Origin: an uncultured Gemmatimonadales bacterium
GTDB lineage: Bacteria; Gemmatimonadota; Gemmatimonadetes; Longimicrobiales; RSA9
Reading direction: 5' to 3'
Length of the DNA stretch: 64,000 nt
Assembly (NCBI GenBank): GCA_963741945.1
Contig: CAVUKA010000003.1
Coordinates: 160,001-224,000 of the forward strand
In this document: piece by piece, positions 20,382 to 31,747 of the stretch
How positions within the stretch are numbered: position 1 is the first letter of the stretch
Layout: each line of letters begins with the position of its first letter
Made by a program: the position numbers and the translations under genes
The notes under the pieces: model-generated
Database searches by the model: none
The model's input: the letters and a program-made list of their open reading frames with translations, nothing else
What the model was told of the DNA's origin: nothing

Positions 20382-21887
20382 TCAGTACGCGCGGGCCCAG
20401 ACTGCTTCGTGCTTCGCGTCACCGCCACATACCAGGCACCGCTCCGGAGGCGTCTCCGACCGGTACCGCTCCCCCGGCAGCACCCGGATCGTGGCCTTCG
20501 TCTCCTCCTTCACCTTCGCCTCGCACTCCTCCGACCCGCACCAGCCGCCGAAAAAGAAGCCGCCCTTCTCGTCGAGCAGCGACCTGAATTCGTCATAATC
20601 CGTCACGCGGTGCGACGCCGCTTCCATGCGCCCACGGGCGCGGTCCAGCAGCATCTGCTGGATCTCGTCCAGGAAAACGGGAATCCGCCGGATCCCTTCC
20701 TCTTCGCCGAGGAACTCCTTGCGGTCCGCCCCCTCCGCGAGCACGCGGGGCACCAGCACGAGCTGCTGCTTCGCCACGTCGCGTGGACCGATCTCCACGC
20801 GCAGCGGCACGCCCTTGCGCTCCCATTCGTAGTACTTCGCGCCAGGCGAAAGATGGTCGCGCAGGTCGATGTGCACACGCACGTCTCGCTCGCGCAGCGC
20901 GCCCGCGACCTGCTCCGACTTCGCCGTCACCAGCGTGCGCTGCTCGTCACTCTTCCAGATGGGCGTGATCACCACCTGGTACGGCGCCAGCCGAGGCGGC
21001 AGGACCACGCCGGCGTCGTCGCCGTGGGTCATCACCAGGCCACCCACGAGACGCGTGCTCACGCCCCAGGACGTGTTCCACGCGTACTCCCAGTCCCCAC
21101 TCTCCGCCTGGAACTTCAGGTCGAACTGCCGGGAGAAGTTCTGGCCCAGCATGTGGCTCGTCCCCGCCTGGAGCGCCTTGTTGTCCTGCATCAGCGCTTC
21201 CAGGCCGTAGGTGTAGTCCCCGCCCGGGAACTTCTCCGACTCGGTCTTCTTCCCCGTGATCACGGGCATGGCCATCCAGTCCTCCATGAAGGACCGGTAC
21301 ACGCCCAGGATGGTCTTCGCCTCTTGCTCGGCTTCCGAACGCGTGGCGTGCGCCGTGTGCCCTTCCTGCCACAGGAACTCGGCCGTCCGCAGGAAGAGCC
21401 GGGTCCGCATCTCCCACCGCACCACGTTCGCCCACTGGTTTATCAGGATCGGCAGGTCGCGATAGCTCTGCACCCAGCGCGAGTACGCGTCATAGATGAT
21501 CGTCTCCGACGTGGGGCGCACCACGAGCGGCTCTTCCAGCTTCGACTCGGGATCCGGGATCAGCCCGCCCTCCCCGTCGGAGATCAGCCGCGTGTGCGTG
21601 ACCAGCGCCATCTCCTTGGCGAAGCCCTCGACGTGCTTCGCCTCCCGCGCGATGTAGCTCAGGGGAATGAAGAGAGGGAAATACGCGTTCTGGTGCCCCG
21701 TCGCCTTGAACTTGTCGTCGAGGGCGCGCTGCATGTTCTCCCAAACTGCGTACCCCCACGGGCGGATCACCATGCTCCCGCGCACCGGGGAGTAGTCCGC
21801 CAGCTCTGCCCGGAGGACCACCTCGTTGTACCAGCTCGAGAAGTCTTCCGCCCTGGGCGTCAGCCCCTTTTCCTCAGCCATGGCCAT
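20382..21887 (-). CDS. proS: Proline--tRNA ligase, archaeal/eukaryote-like type
   Basis: FSSWY, RPTSET, VVRWE, EFLWQEGHT, QAGTSH.LGQNF, SWGVSTR, C-terminal ARAY. No INS editing domain. Start 21887 or 21881. Confidence 0.96.
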   Translation of the reverse strand: MAMAEEKGLTPRAEDFSSWYNEVVLRAELADYSPVRGSMVIRPWGYAVWENMQRALDDKFKATGHQNAYFPLFIPLSYIAREAKHVEGFAKEMALVTHTRLISDGEGGLIPDPESKLEEPLVVRPTSETIIYDAYSRWVQSYRDLPILINQWANVVRWEMRTRLFLRTAEFLWQEGHTAHATRSEAEQEAKTILGVYRSFMEDWMAMPVITGKKTESEKFPGGDYTYGLEALMQDNKALQAGTSHMLGQNFSRQFDLKFQAESGDWEYAWNTSWGVSTRLVGGLVMTHGDDAGVVLPPRLAPYQVVITPIWKSDEQRTLVTAKSEQVAGALRERDVRVHIDLRDHLSPGAKYYEWERKGVPLRVEIGPRDVAKQQLVLVPRVLAEGADRKEFLGEEEGIRRIPVFLDEIQQMLLDRARGRMEAASHRVTDYDEFRSLLDEKGGFFFGGWCGSEECEAKVKEETKATIRVLPGERYRSETPPERCLVCGGDAKHEAVWARAY

Positions 21888-21919
21888 CCGTCGTTTGATC
21901 CATTGTCCGATTCCCGCCC

Positions 21920-22171
21920 TCAGTCCGCTTCGTTCCCGTTCCGCCTGCGTCCGGGAAGCAGGTGCACGAGAGCCGGGACCAGCACCAGCAGCGCGCTCAG
22001 CGTCAGCCACGTGCGAAGGAACGGCATCCCTGCACCCATCAGGAACCAGGCGACGAGGGCACCACCTCCCAGCGCGGCTACGGCGACGCCACCCCAGATC
22101 GCGGCGAGAATCCAGTCGAGCCGGCGGAGAAGGCGTCGCCGGTCCCGATCGTGCTCCTCCCCGGGCCTCAT
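21920..22171 (-). CDS. Small two-TM membrane protein
   Basis: 83 aa, two hydrophobic segments with Arg-rich flanks; ATGA overlap with the hisS stop. Confidence 0.7.
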   Translation of the reverse strand: MRPGEEHDRDRRRLLRRLDWILAAIWGGVAVAALGGGALVAWFLMGAGMPFLRTWLTLSALLVLVPALVHLLPGRRRNGNEAD

Positions 22172-23442
22172 GCGCCCAGCTCGTCCAGCGCGACCTCCCG
22201 CTCTTCGCCGGTGGCCATCGAGCGTACGACGCCCACGCCCCGCTCCACTTCCGATGGGCCCAGCACGATCGTCTCGCGGGCGCCCCGCGTATCCGCGTCC
22301 TTGAACTGCTTCCCTACGCCCGTCTGCCGGAGCGTGTACGTCACCGAGTGCCCACGGGAGCGCAGCGCTCGCGCAAGGCGCCGCATGATCGGCCGCTCCT
22401 CCGCGGTGATCGTGACGATGCAGTAGTCCGGCCCGTCCACGGTATCCGGCAGGAGTCCGCGCTCGCGAAGGAGCTCCCCGAGCACGACATCGCCCATGCC
22501 GAAGCCCACGGCGGGCAGCGACAGGTCGCTCACCGCGGCGAGCAGGTCGTCGTAGCGCCCGCCCCCGCAGATGGCCCGCAGCTCGCCCTGCCGGTCGAAG
22601 ATCTCGAACACGGTCCCCGTGTAGTACGCCAGCCCTCGGACGATGGTGGGGTCGAACCGGACGTGCCCCGCCCAGCCGAGGTCGTCCAGCAGGCCGAAGT
22701 ACTCACGCAGGCGGGCGACATCGGCCGCGAGCGCTTCGTCGCCGGCGGAGAGGGCGGCCAGACCTTCCAGGTCGTGGCGGAGGACGTCGAGCACGCGCTC
22801 GGCCACGTCCGGCGCGAGCCCCACCGACTCCCGCATCCGGCGGCGAGTCTCCTGCTCGTCCTCCCGGCTCATCTTGTCGATGGCTGCGTACGCGGCGCCC
22901 AGGCGGTCGTGCGGCACGCCGGCGCCCGTGAGGACGCGCTCGAGCACGCGCCGGTCGTTGACACGCGCGACCACGTCCTCCGCCGTGAGCCCGAGCGCGG
23001 CGAGGGAGTCCAGGGCCACCGAGAGGACTTCCGCATCCGCGGCCACGTCCGCTTCACCGATGATGTCGGCATTCCACTGGAAGTGCTCGCGCAGCCGGCC
23101 ACGCTGCGTGCGCTCGTACCGGAACAGCTGCGGGATCGTGAACCATCGGATCGGCTTCGGCAGCGCGCGCCCGCGCTCGCCCACCATCCGGGCGAGGGTC
23201 GGGGTCATCTCGGGGCGGAGAGCCACCGCCCGACCACCCTTGTCCTCGAAGCTGTAGAGCTGATCGACGATCTCCTCGCCGCTCTTCTCGACGTACAGCT
23301 CCAATGGCTCGAGAGGCGGGCCGTCGTATTCCTCGAAGCCGTACTTCCGGGCCGTGGCCCGCCACGCCGAGACAATGTGGTGCCGGGCCGCGTAGTCGGC
23401 CGGGAAGAAATCGCGGAAACCTGGGAGACTCTGGAACGCCAT
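22168..23442 (-). CDS. hisS: Histidine--tRNA ligase
   Basis: LRPEMT, FRYER, GRLREH, VRGLAYYTG, GGGRYD, anticodon-binding domain. Confidence 0.97.
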   Translation of the reverse strand: MAFQSLPGFRDFFPADYAARHHIVSAWRATARKYGFEEYDGPPLEPLELYVEKSGEEIVDQLYSFEDKGGRAVALRPEMTPTLARMVGERGRALPKPIRWFTIPQLFRYERTQRGRLREHFQWNADIIGEADVAADAEVLSVALDSLAALGLTAEDVVARVNDRRVLERVLTGAGVPHDRLGAAYAAIDKMSREDEQETRRRMRESVGLAPDVAERVLDVLRHDLEGLAALSAGDEALAADVARLREYFGLLDDLGWAGHVRFDPTIVRGLAYYTGTVFEIFDRQGELRAICGGGRYDDLLAAVSDLSLPAVGFGMGDVVLGELLRERGLLPDTVDGPDYCIVTITAEERPIMRRLARALRSRGHSVTYTLRQTGVGKQFKDADTRGARETIVLGPSEVERGVGVVRSMATGEEREVALDELGA

Positions 23443-23451
23443 CGGGCGAAC

Positions 23452-24768
23452 CTATCCCGCGCCCGCCGGGCGCTGCAACCCCGCGTCGGGCACGAACGGC
23501 ACGATCCCCAACTCCCGCATGGCGTCTCCCACAGTGTGCACGGACCCGGTGCAGACCACCGTCCCCCTTCCGGCCGCGGCCGCGGCCGCCGCGAGCGCCG
23601 CCGCGAACGGGCGAACCACTTCCACGCCGGTGGGCGTCCCGAGGCGGCTCACCACGGCGGCCGGGTCCCAGCGACGCTCCGCTGGAGCGGACGGCGGCTC
23701 CACGAGGAGCGCCGTGTCCGCCAGTTCGAACAGCGGGGGAAGCATGCGGTCCCAGTCCTTGTCCCCCAGGATGCCCACGAGCGCCACGAGCGGCCGGGGC
23801 AGGTGCAGGTCCGAGAGCGCCGTGACGAGCGACTCCATTCCGGGCGCGTTGTGGGCCACATCGAACACCCACGTGGTGGCACCCACCCGTTCCACCTGCA
23901 GCCGGCCGGGCCAGCGGGTGGCGGCCACGCCCTCGATCAGCGCCTGCCGGTCGGGCCGCAGCCGCTCGGGCAGAAGCTCCAGCGCCCGAACGGCCACGGC
24001 CAGGTTGGTTGCCTGGTGACGGCCCGCCAGCGGGACGCGCAACGAGAGCTCGCCCCATGCCGTATCCACCACGGCCGTGGTCCCGCGCACGTCCACCTCC
24101 ACCGTCTTTGGCGTCACCCGGTGAAACGGGGCGCTCTCTTCCGCCGCACGCGCCTCCAGCACGGCCAGGACCTCCGGATCGATCTCGCCCGTCACGACGG
24201 CGACGCCGGGCTTGATGATCCCGGCCTTCTCACCGGCAATCGTGCGCGGGTCATCGCCCAGGTACTGCGCGTGATCCATGCCCACGTTCGTGATCACCGA
24301 AACCTCCGGAGTGATCACGTTCGTGGAATCCAGCCGCCCCCCCATCCCCACTTCCACTACGGCCACGTCCACGGACTGGCGCTGCAGGGCGAGGAACGCG
24401 ATCACTGTCGCGGCCTCGAAGAAGGAGGGCTCCTCCTCCTCGATGCGGGGCCAGAGCGCTTCCGCGGCCTCCAGCAGCGCCGCTCGCGAGATCGGACGGC
24501 CGTCCACCTGGATGCGCTCGCGGAAGTCCACCAGGTGCGGTGACGTGTACAGCCCCGTGCGCAGTCCCCGACGCCGCAGGACCGACGCCATGATCGCCGC
24601 GACCGAGCCCTTCCCGTTGGTGCCGCCGATATGGATGGAAGGATACGTCGTGTGCGGATCGCCGACGCTGGCGAGCATGCTTCGCGTCCGGTCCAGCCCC
24701 CATCGGATTCCACCCCGGAGGCGGGGGAACAGCGTCTCGAGAAGGACGCCGTACGAGAGCTCGGTCAA
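23452..24768 (-). CDS. folC: Folylpolyglutamate/dihydrofolate synthase
   Basis: [39 protein letters not shown]. Confidence 0.95.
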   Translation of the reverse strand: MTELSYGVLLETLFPRLRGGIRWGLDRTRSMLASVGDPHTTYPSIHIGGTNGKGSVAAIMASVLRRRGLRTGLYTSPHLVDFRERIQVDGRPISRAALLEAAEALWPRIEEEEPSFFEAATVIAFLALQRQSVDVAVVEVGMGGRLDSTNVITPEVSVITNVGMDHAQYLGDDPRTIAGEKAGIIKPGVAVVTGEIDPEVLAVLEARAAEESAPFHRVTPKTVEVDVRGTTAVVDTAWGELSLRVPLAGRHQATNLAVAVRALELLPERLRPDRQALIEGVAATRWPGRLQVERVGATTWVFDVAHNAPGMESLVTALSDLHLPRPLVALVGILGDKDWDRMLPPLFELADTALLVEPPSAPAERRWDPAAVVSRLGTPTGVEVVRPFAAALAAAAAAAGRGTVVCTGSVHTVGDAMRELGIVPFVPDAGLQRPAGAG

Positions 24769-25634
24769 GCGGGTTCCGCCGCTTCGGACGGAGGCAATCC
24801 GAGCAGATGGCGAAGGTAGCCCGCCACCCGGCCCTTCATGGCGCGCCGGTCCACGATCGCGTCCACCATTCCGTGCTCCAGCAGGAATTCCGCGCGCTGG
24901 AACCCTTCCGGCAGCTCCTGCCGGATCGTCTGCTCGATCACGCGCGGTCCCGCGAAACCGATGAGGGCGCCCGGCTCCGCGAGGTTCACGTCCCCGAGCA
25001 TCGCGAACGAGGCCGTGACGCCGCCCGTGGTGGGATTGGTCATGATGGAGATGTACGGCAATCCCGCCTCGTGCAGTCGGGCCAGCGCGCCTGAGGTCTT
25101 GGCCATCTGCATGAGCGAGAGGATCCCCTCCATCATGCGGGCGCCGCCCGATGCGCTCACCACGATCAGCGGCTCCGCCTCCGCCCGAGCTCGCCGGGCC
25201 GCCCGCGTGATCTTCTCGCCCACGACCGAGCCCATGCTGCCGCCGATGAACGCGAAATCCATTACCGCGACATCGACGGGGATACCCTCGAGGCGGCCAT
25301 GGCCCGTGATCACCGCCTCATTCCGCCCCGTCTTCCGCTCCGCGCTCCGCAGCCGCTCCGGGTACCCTTTCAGGTCCCGAAATCCCAGCGGGTCACCGCT
25401 CCGCATCGCCTCGTCCGCCTCCGTGAACGTGCCCTCGTCCAGCAGAAGGTCCACGTAGTCGACCGCCTCGATTCGGTGGTGGTGACCGCACGCCGGACAC
25501 ACGAACAGATTCTGCGCCAGCCGGTTACGGTACAGGATCTCCCCGCACTCCGGGCACTTGTCGAAGACATCGCTCGGCAGCTCGCGCTTGTCCGCGGAAG
25601 TGAGCTTCTGCTTTTCCTTCCGGAACCAGGCCAT
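24765..25634 (-). CDS. accD: Acetyl-CoA carboxylase carboxyltransferase beta subunit
   Basis: C4 zinc finger CPEC...[30 protein letters not shown]. Start ATG 25634. Confidence 0.97.
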   Translation of the reverse strand: MAWFRKEKQKLTSADKRELPSDVFDKCPECGEILYRNRLAQNLFVCPACGHHHRIEAVDYVDLLLDEGTFTEADEAMRSGDPLGFRDLKGYPERLRSAERKTGRNEAVITGHGRLEGIPVDVAVMDFAFIGGSMGSVVGEKITRAARRARAEAEPLIVVSASGGARMMEGILSLMQMAKTSGALARLHEAGLPYISIMTNPTTGGVTASFAMLGDVNLAEPGALIGFAGPRVIEQTIRQELPEGFQRAEFLLEHGMVDAIVDRRAMKGRVAGYLRHLLGLPPSEAAEPA

Positions 25635-26881
25635 CAGTACATCCTCGCCTGCTCGGCTGCGATGCGCTGCGCCAGTCCCATGGCCAGGAAGCTCGCGAGC
25701 AGGAACGAGCCGCCATAGCTCAGGAACGGCAGCGGAATCCCCGTGACCGGCATCACGCCGATCGTCATGCCGACGTTCACGAGGATGTGGGCGAACCAGG
25801 CCCCGAAGATACCGAAGACCACAATCCCGGCAAAGGGGTCCGACACCCGCTCGGCGATCCGGGCCAGCCGCCAGAGCACCAGCCCGAATGCCAGCAGCAC
25901 CAGGCTCGTACCCACGAATCCCAGTTCCTCCCCGAGCACGCTGAATATGAAATCCGTGTGCTGTTCGGGGAGGAACGCCAGCCGCTTCTGTGTCCCGTGC
26001 AGGAACCCCTTTCCCAGGAGCCCACCGCTGCCGATCGCGACCCGTGACTGGATCACGTTCCACCCGGCCCCGCGTGGATCCACCATCGGGTCCAGGAACA
26101 CTTCGAGCCTGGCCTTCTGATACGGCTCCAGCGAATTCCAGAGCGGCACAGCTATGGTACCCGCGGCCAGGTTCGCGCCCGCCACCAGGATCCCCTCCCA
26201 CAGGTACACGCGATAGAAGTAGAGGAACGCGATCACCCCGATCATGTAGGCGCTGAAGATCCAGGTCTGAAACGCCAGGAAGAGCGCCACGAGCGGGCTG
26301 ATGAAGAGGAACAGGATCCCCACCGGCGTGCCCGCCCAGAACAGCGTCGCCAGCAGCACGGCGCCGAACACCATGGCCGTGCCCAGGTCCGGCTGAAGCA
26401 GCACGAGCCCCAGCGGCATGGCGACGATCAGCACCGGCTTCCACAGCGCGCTCAGTGAGCGCGGGGGCTCGCGCCACCCTCCCATCACCCGGGCCAGCAT
26501 CAGGATGGTGGCGAGATTGGCGAACTGCGCCGGCTGGATGCTGAGGCCGCCAAGTCGGAGCCAGCTCTTCACCCCCTGGGCCGTTCCTGCCCCCGTGCCG
26601 ATGAAGAGCGTCGCACCGAGGACGGCGAGACTGAGGAAATAGACCGGGACGGCCGCCCATTCGAACCACTTCACCTCGATCCGCATCACGATGACGACGG
26701 CCACCAGCGACACGGCGAGGAAGAGGAGCTGCCGCTTCCAGGCGTTGAGCACGGTAGGGTTCGGCACGTCCACCTGCCCGGCCGAGAAGATCATGGCCAC
26801 CCCGAGCAGCGCCAGCAGGAGGACCAGCAGGAACAGGGGAGGGTCCCCGAAGATGGCCCGGATGCGGTCGCCTATTGCCAT
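25634..26881 (-). CDS. rodA: Rod shape-determining SEDS glycosyltransferase RodA
   Basis: Multi-[32 protein letters not shown]; follows mrdA. Confidence 0.95.
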   Translation of the reverse strand: MAIGDRIRAIFGDPPLFLLVLLLALLGVAMIFSAGQVDVPNPTVLNAWKRQLLFLAVSLVAVVIVMRIEVKWFEWAAVPVYFLSLAVLGATLFIGTGAGTAQGVKSWLRLGGLSIQPAQFANLATILMLARVMGGWREPPRSLSALWKPVLIVAMPLGLVLLQPDLGTAMVFGAVLLATLFWAGTPVGILFLFISPLVALFLAFQTWIFSAYMIGVIAFLYFYRVYLWEGILVAGANLAAGTIAVPLWNSLEPYQKARLEVFLDPMVDPRGAGWNVIQSRVAIGSGGLLGKGFLHGTQKRLAFLPEQHTDFIFSVLGEELGFVGTSLVLLAFGLVLWRLARIAERVSDPFAGIVVFGIFGAWFAHILVNVGMTIGVMPVTGIPLPFLSYGGSFLLASFLAMGLAQRIAAEQARMY

Positions 26882-28722
26882 CGATCCGCCCAGGGTGCGT
26901 ACCGCCCCGATAGCCAGTGCTCGCGCAGCGTCTGTATCGTGTCCGTCGGCATTCCGTGCGCCTTCCGCAAGTAGTAGTCCGCCGCCTTGGCCGCGATCTG
27001 CGCCACGTCCGAGCCGTGGCGCCCACCCTCGATGATCACCGCCACCACCACCTCTGCCGGGGCGCCCGGCTCACCGCCGATCCCGACGAACCACCCGTGG
27101 TCCGCACCATGGGGGTTCTGCGCCGTGCCCGTCTTCCCCGCCCAGTCCCAGTACTCCAGCGCCGAGCCGTACGCCGTGCCGCCCTGATGGATCACCCGCC
27201 GCAGCCCCTCGCGCAGCCATGCCAGGTGCTCCGGCGACAGGTTCAGCCGCATGGAGTCCCCTGCCACGGACCGCGGCGAGTCCGCCACCACGTGCGGTGC
27301 CGGGGCCGCGCCCTTCGTGGCCAGTGCCGAATAGAACTGCGCCATCTTCAGCACCGTCTGGTCGTCGGCCCCCTGGCCGATGGCCAGGCTCAGGACTTCG
27401 GCCTCCGTCGGCGACCACCCGAAGCGACGCTCGTACCACCTCCGGTCGCCGGGGAAGTTGCCCGCCCGCTCCGCTGGCAGGTCCACCCCGCTGGGGCGGC
27501 TGAAGCCCAGCCGCGTGCCCTCCTCCAGCAGCCGGTCGAGGCCGATCTTCAGCCCCAGCTGATAGAAGTACACGTCACACGAGTGCTTGATCGCGTCGGT
27601 CAGGTTCAGGAGCCCGTGCCCGGAAGGCTCCCAGCAGCGAAAATAGCGATTGCCGTACCGCATCCCGCCGCGGCACGCCAGCGGCATTGTGGCCGCGGGA
27701 TCCACGATTCCGAGCTCGAGCCCGATGGCGGCCGTGGCCAGCTTCCAGGTCGACCCGGGCGGATAGAGGCCTGTCAGCGCGCGGTTCAGCAGGCGCTTGG
27801 TCGAGTCCTGGAGCAGGGCGTCCCAGTGCGACGGGGCGACATAGCCCACGAGCGTGTTGGGGTCGAACGATGGCGAGGAGTAGAGCGCAAGCACATCGCC
27901 CGTCCAGGGGTCCAGTGCTGCCAGCGCTCCGCGCAGCGTGTCCGGGACGATCCGTGCCACGAATTCCTGGAGGTCCATGTCCACGGTGAGCCGCAACGGG
28001 TGACCGGGCACGGGCGTGCGGTCATGCGGGGTGGGCAGGTCCCCGCGGATCCGCCCCAACGCGTCCACTTCCAGGTACCGGACCCCCGGTACGCCCGCGA
28101 GTCGCGCCTCATAGCTGCGCTCCACGCCCGTCTTGCCCACGGACTGACCTGACCGGTAGCCGGGGAAGAGGGAGTCGGCCAGCTCACGCTCGCTGATCTC
28201 GCCCACGTAGCCCACCAGGTGGGCGGCGGCTCGGCCGCCGGGGTAGCGTCGCTTCGGGCCCATCTCGATGAGGAGCTCCGGGAACGATGAATGGCGTTCC
28301 TCCAGCGCTGACACCTGGTCGAAGGACAGGTCCCCGGAGATGACCAGGGGCTGCTGCGGATGACGTCGCTGCCGGACCAGCAGGGTCTGGACGTCGGCGT
28401 CGCTGAGTCCGAGAAACGGCACGAGACGCTGGAGTGTGCTGCGCAGAGAGTCGGCGGGAGCGGGCAGCAGGGAAACCGTATAGCCGGGCAGGTTCTCGGC
28501 CACGAGCCGCCCATTCCGGTCCAGGATCGTGCCACGCGCCGCTGGCAGCGAGATCGGCCGCAGGCGGTTGCGATCCGACTGCATGGCGTACGCCGGATTG
28601 CGCACCACCTGGGCGTGGAAGAACGACAGGCCCAGGACGCCCAGAAGCAGCCACACCGCGGCCAGTGCGCCGCGAGCGCGACGGCGCCGCTCGTGGAAAT
28701 GGAAGGTTTGAAGGTCCGGCAC
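26872..28722 (-). CDS. mrdA: Penicillin-binding protein 2
   Basis: RG.I.DRNG, STWK (SxxK), SCD (SxD), KTG; mre operon context. Confidence 0.95.
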   Translation of the reverse strand: MPDLQTFHFHERRRRARGALAAVWLLLGVLGLSFFHAQVVRNPAYAMQSDRNRLRPISLPAARGTILDRNGRLVAENLPGYTVSLLPAPADSLRSTLQRLVPFLGLSDADVQTLLVRQRRHPQQPLVISGDLSFDQVSALEERHSSFPELLIEMGPKRRYPGGRAAAHLVGYVGEISERELADSLFPGYRSGQSVGKTGVERSYEARLAGVPGVRYLEVDALGRIRGDLPTPHDRTPVPGHPLRLTVDMDLQEFVARIVPDTLRGALAALDPWTGDVLALYSSPSFDPNTLVGYVAPSHWDALLQDSTKRLLNRALTGLYPPGSTWKLATAAIGLELGIVDPAATMPLACRGGMRYGNRYFRCWEPSGHGLLNLTDAIKHSCDVYFYQLGLKIGLDRLLEEGTRLGFSRPSGVDLPAERAGNFPGDRRWYERRFGWSPTEAEVLSLAIGQGADDQTVLKMAQFYSALATKGAAPAPHVVADSPRSVAGDSMRLNLSPEHLAWLREGLRRVIHQGGTAYGSALEYWDWAGKTGTAQNPHGADHGWFVGIGGEPGAPAEVVVAVIIEGGRHGSDVAQIAAKAADYYLRKAHGMPTDTIQTLREHWLSGRYAPWADRWQ

Positions 28723-28746
28723 GCTGCTGCCTGTTGATCGCGAAGA

Positions 28747-29220
28747 CTACCGTCGCACCGAGCGGTACAGCATGACCGCGATCATGCCGGCGGCAGCCGA
28801 GTACAGGGACCAGAGCGGAGCCTCTACGAGCAGCGACGACACCGCGCCGCTCTGCCGGGCTCCCTCCGCCAGCAGATAGTATAGCGCATCGTGGAGCCAG
28901 CAGCCGAGGAAGAGGTAAAGGCCCAGGAAGAGCCCGGTTTCCCCCACGAACAGGTCGCGGGAGCGCGCGCCGAGGTAGCCCACCACGGTTTCCACCGCCG
29001 TGGCCGCGCCGAAGGCGACCACGGCCACCGCATCCTCCAGAAGACCGAAGAAGAAGCCGAGCGCCGCAGCGCCGGCGCCGGGAAGCTGACGGGCCCCGAG
29101 CAGGACGGCCACGGTGAGGAGGTCGGGAGCGCGCATCCCGAGCCCCAGGCTGAGGTGCAGAAAGAAGTGCAGCACGGCCAGGCCGGCCACCATCAGCCAG
29201 AACGGCCACCCGCCCTTCAC
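28747..29220 (-). CDS. mreD: Rod shape-determining protein MreD
   Basis: Hydrophobic 157 aa, PDLL, G...GLLED; between mreC and mrdA. Confidence 0.9.
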   Translation of the reverse strand: MKGGWPFWLMVAGLAVLHFFLHLSLGLGMRAPDLLTVAVLLGARQLPGAGAAALGFFFGLLEDAVAVVAFGAATAVETVVGYLGARSRDLFVGETGLFLGLYLFLGCWLHDALYYLLAEGARQSGAVSSLLVEAPLWSLYSAAAGMIAVMLYRSVRR

Positions 29221-30101
29221 GGCGTTCCTCCCCCGTTCTCCGCCGTGTCCGTGGGCGCGGCGCTCCAGAGACCGGAAAGGTCACCGCTGTCGAGAGCGTC
29301 GCCCAGACCCACCAGAACGTGGGTAACGGCCTCCGGCCGGACGGCCGGTTTCAGCAGGTAGCTCTTGCGCCACCCGGTGTCCGCCTCCTCGATCCCCAGC
29401 ACCGTTCCCAGGAGGATCCCCCGCGGATACACGCCGCCCCGGCCCGACGTGACGACCCGGGTCCCCGGCCGTACGTCCACGTGGAACGGCGCTCCCACCA
29501 ACGCCATTTCGTCTTCCTCCCGGTAGGCCCCGCGCCGCGATTCGACGATTCCGTACGCTTCGCCATCCGCCGTCATGGCGCTCGCCCGGAAGTCGGGGTG
29601 TGTCCAGTCGATCCCCTGCGACCAGCTCGGCCCCACTTCCTGCACAACCCCCAGCAACCCCGAGGACGCCACCACCGGGCTCCCCTTCACCACCCCGTCA
29701 TTCTTCCCCACGGCAAGCATGAATCCGCTCTCGCCCCCGGTCGTGCCCACGCGCACCACTTCCGCGGGGACGAAAGAGCGCGGCGCCCGCTCCCGCAGTC
29801 CCAGCAGTTGACGGAGATGGCGATTCTCCTCCGACAGCGTCGCCTGGGCCGTCACCACCACCAGCAGCGAGTCGCGCTGCGCCCGCAGCGCCGACACGTC
29901 CACCGAGCGCAGACCACTTTCAACGATCGCCGCCTGCGTCCAGATGAACGGGCGCAGCACTGTGCCCTGGATCCCCTGGCGCAAGACCGAACGGTAGGCC
30001 GGAGGGAGGAACATGAGGAAGAAGGCCAGCACGACGAGACCCGCGGCCGCGCCGAGCTGGCGCCAGCGTCCGCGAGGAGACCGATCGAAGTAGTCGACCA
30101 C
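29217..30101 (-). CDS. mreC: Rod shape-determining protein MreC
   Basis: TM plus coiled coil (EENRHLRQLL), G..DGV..G.PV, VVTSG.GG.YP.G. Confidence 0.93.
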   Translation of the reverse strand: MVDYFDRSPRGRWRQLGAAAGLVVLAFFLMFLPPAYRSVLRQGIQGTVLRPFIWTQAAIVESGLRSVDVSALRAQRDSLLVVVTAQATLSEENRHLRQLLGLRERAPRSFVPAEVVRVGTTGGESGFMLAVGKNDGVVKGSPVVASSGLLGVVQEVGPSWSQGIDWTHPDFRASAMTADGEAYGIVESRRGAYREEDEMALVGAPFHVDVRPGTRVVTSGRGGVYPRGILLGTVLGIEEADTGWRKSYLLKPAVRPEAVTHVLVGLGDALDSGDLSGLWSAAPTDTAENGGGTP

Positions 30102-30116
30102 GGCGCCGCGACCCGC

Positions 30117-31148
30117 TCAGGCCGCCAGGACGCTGCGGTAGCGCGGGAGGTCGTCCAGGATGCGCCCCGCTCCCCGCACCACGCACGTGAGCGGCTCCTC
30201 GTCCACATGGATCGGGAGGTTCGTCTCGTGTGCCAGCAGTTGATCGAGTCCGCGAATCAATGCGCCACCGCCGGTCATGATGATCCCGCGGTCCACGATG
30301 TCCGATGCGAGCTCGGGCGGCGTGATCTCCAGCGCGCGGCGGACGGCGTCCACCACCGCCTGGATCGGCTCCTGGATGCACTCCCGGATCTCCTGCGAAT
30401 GCACCCGCACCGTCTTGGGGATGCCGCTGACGAGGTCGCGTCCCTTCACTTCCATCTCACGCTCCTCGCCGCTGGTGAACGCGGAGCCGATCTGGATCTT
30501 GATCGCCTCCGCAGTCGGCTCGCCGATCAGCAGGTTGTAGTTCTTCCGCAGGAACGTGACGATGGCGCTGTCGATCTCGTCCCCACCCACCCGGATCGAT
30601 GTATCGCTCACGATGCCGTTGAGCGCGATTACTGCAATTTCCGTGGTCCCGCCCCCGATATCGATCACCATGTTGCCGGTGGGCGTGTCCACGGGGAGGC
30701 CGACGCCGATGGCCGCCGCCATCGGTTCCGCCACCATGTACACCTCCTTCGCGCCTGCCGCCGCGGCACTCGAGCGCACGGCGCGGCGCTCCAGCTCGGT
30801 GATCCCGGACGGCACGCCCACCACGACGCGCGGCTTTATTCGGAAGATCCGCTTGGACGTGACCTGCCGGAGGAAGTGCCGCAGCATCACTTCCGTGATG
30901 TCCACGTCGGCGATCACCCCATCCTTCAGGGGTCGGATCGCGATGATCCCTTCCGGCGTCCGGCCCAGCATCCGTTTCGCCTCGAGCCCGATGCCCTTGA
31001 TCCTGCTCGTGCCCCGTTCCACGGCCACGACGGACGGCTCGTTCAGGACGATCCCCTCGCCCTTCACGTAGATGAGCGTGTTCGCGGTCCCGAGATCTAC
31101 GGCGATGTCGTTGACCGGGATGAGCCCGGCGGTCAGCCAGCTAGGCAG
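30117..31148 (-). CDS. mreB: Actin-like MreB; apparent CTG start
   Basis: DLGTANT, EPMAAAIG, DIGGGTT, TGGGA. Start placed at CTG 8 nt after GGGGAG; no nearby in-frame ATG/GTG/TTG. Confidence 0.95.
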   Translation of the reverse strand: MPSWLTAGLIPVNDIAVDLGTANTLIYVKGEGIVLNEPSVVAVERGTSRIKGIGLEAKRMLGRTPEGIIAIRPLKDGVIADVDITEVMLRHFLRQVTSKRIFRIKPRVVVGVPSGITELERRAVRSSAAAAGAKEVYMVAEPMAAAIGVGLPVDTPTGNMVIDIGGGTTEIAVIALNGIVSDTSIRVGGDEIDSAIVTFLRKNYNLLIGEPTAEAIKIQIGSAFTSGEEREMEVKGRDLVSGIPKTVRVHSQEIRECIQEPIQAVVDAVRRALEITPPELASDIVDRGIIMTGGGALIRGLDQLLAHETNLPIHVDEEPLTCVVRGAGRILDDLPRYRSVLAA

Positions 31149-31231
31149 TGGATCGTCTCCCCACCGGCGCAGAGCCGGTCCCTTTAATGCACAATGGATG
31201 CGCCCCGAAAGGCCCCGGGGCGGACCGATGC

Positions 31232-31260
31232 AAACTAGGCGCAGTCCACTCCGACGGCAA
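31232..31260 (-). promoter_or_regulatory. Candidate sigma70 promoter of the mre operon
   Basis: Minus strand TTGCCG-N17-TAGTTT. Confidence 0.6.
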
Positions 31261-31279
31261 GCCGATGCTGGGCTTGATT

Positions 31280-31747
31280 TTACCGCCCCGTACTGCCGAA
31301 TCCGCCAGTCCCGCGCTCCGTCTCCGGGAGCTGCTGCACCTCTTCCCAGCCGATCTGGAGCACCCGGGCCAGGACCAGCTGCGCCACACGCTCTCCGTGC
31401 GCGATCTCCTGCGGTCCCGGATCGTGGTTGATCAGCGGGATCTGCACTTCCCCGCGGTAGTCGCTGTCGATCGTGCCCGGCGAGTTGATCAGGCCGATGC
31501 CACGCCGTATGGCGAGACCCGAGCGCGGCCTGACCTGTGCCTCCATCCCCGCCGGCAGTGCGATCGCCAGTCCCGTCGGCACCAGCACGCGCGCACCAGG
31601 CCCCAGCGTCACCGCGGGGCCCGCGTTGCGCAGGTCCACGGCCGCCGAGCCTGGCGTGGCGTACTCCGGCAGCGCCCAGTCCGCCGGATAGTGTGCCAGG
31701 CGCCGCACCCGGACCCGCGCGACCTCTCCCCGGAATTCGCTCTCCAC
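31280..31747 (-). CDS. dut: dUTP diphosphatase
   Basis: AAVDL, RPRSGL, GTIDSDYRGE, GERVAQ, RGTGGFGSTG. Start uncertain (GTG 31747 after GGAGG). Confidence 0.93.
   Translation of the reverse strand: MESEFRGEVARVRVRRLAHYPADWALPEYATPGSAAVDLRNAGPAVTLGPGARVLVPTGLAIALPAGMEAQVRPRSGLAIRRGIGLINSPGTIDSDYRGEVQIPLINHDPGPQEIAHGERVAQLVLARVLQIGWEEVQQLPETERGTGGFGSTGR

Noticed and set aside
19140-24543. 1054-aa and 905-aa plus-strand ORFs
   Set aside because: Antisense to lysA, proS, hisS and folC; Arg/Pro/His-rich with no recognisable domain
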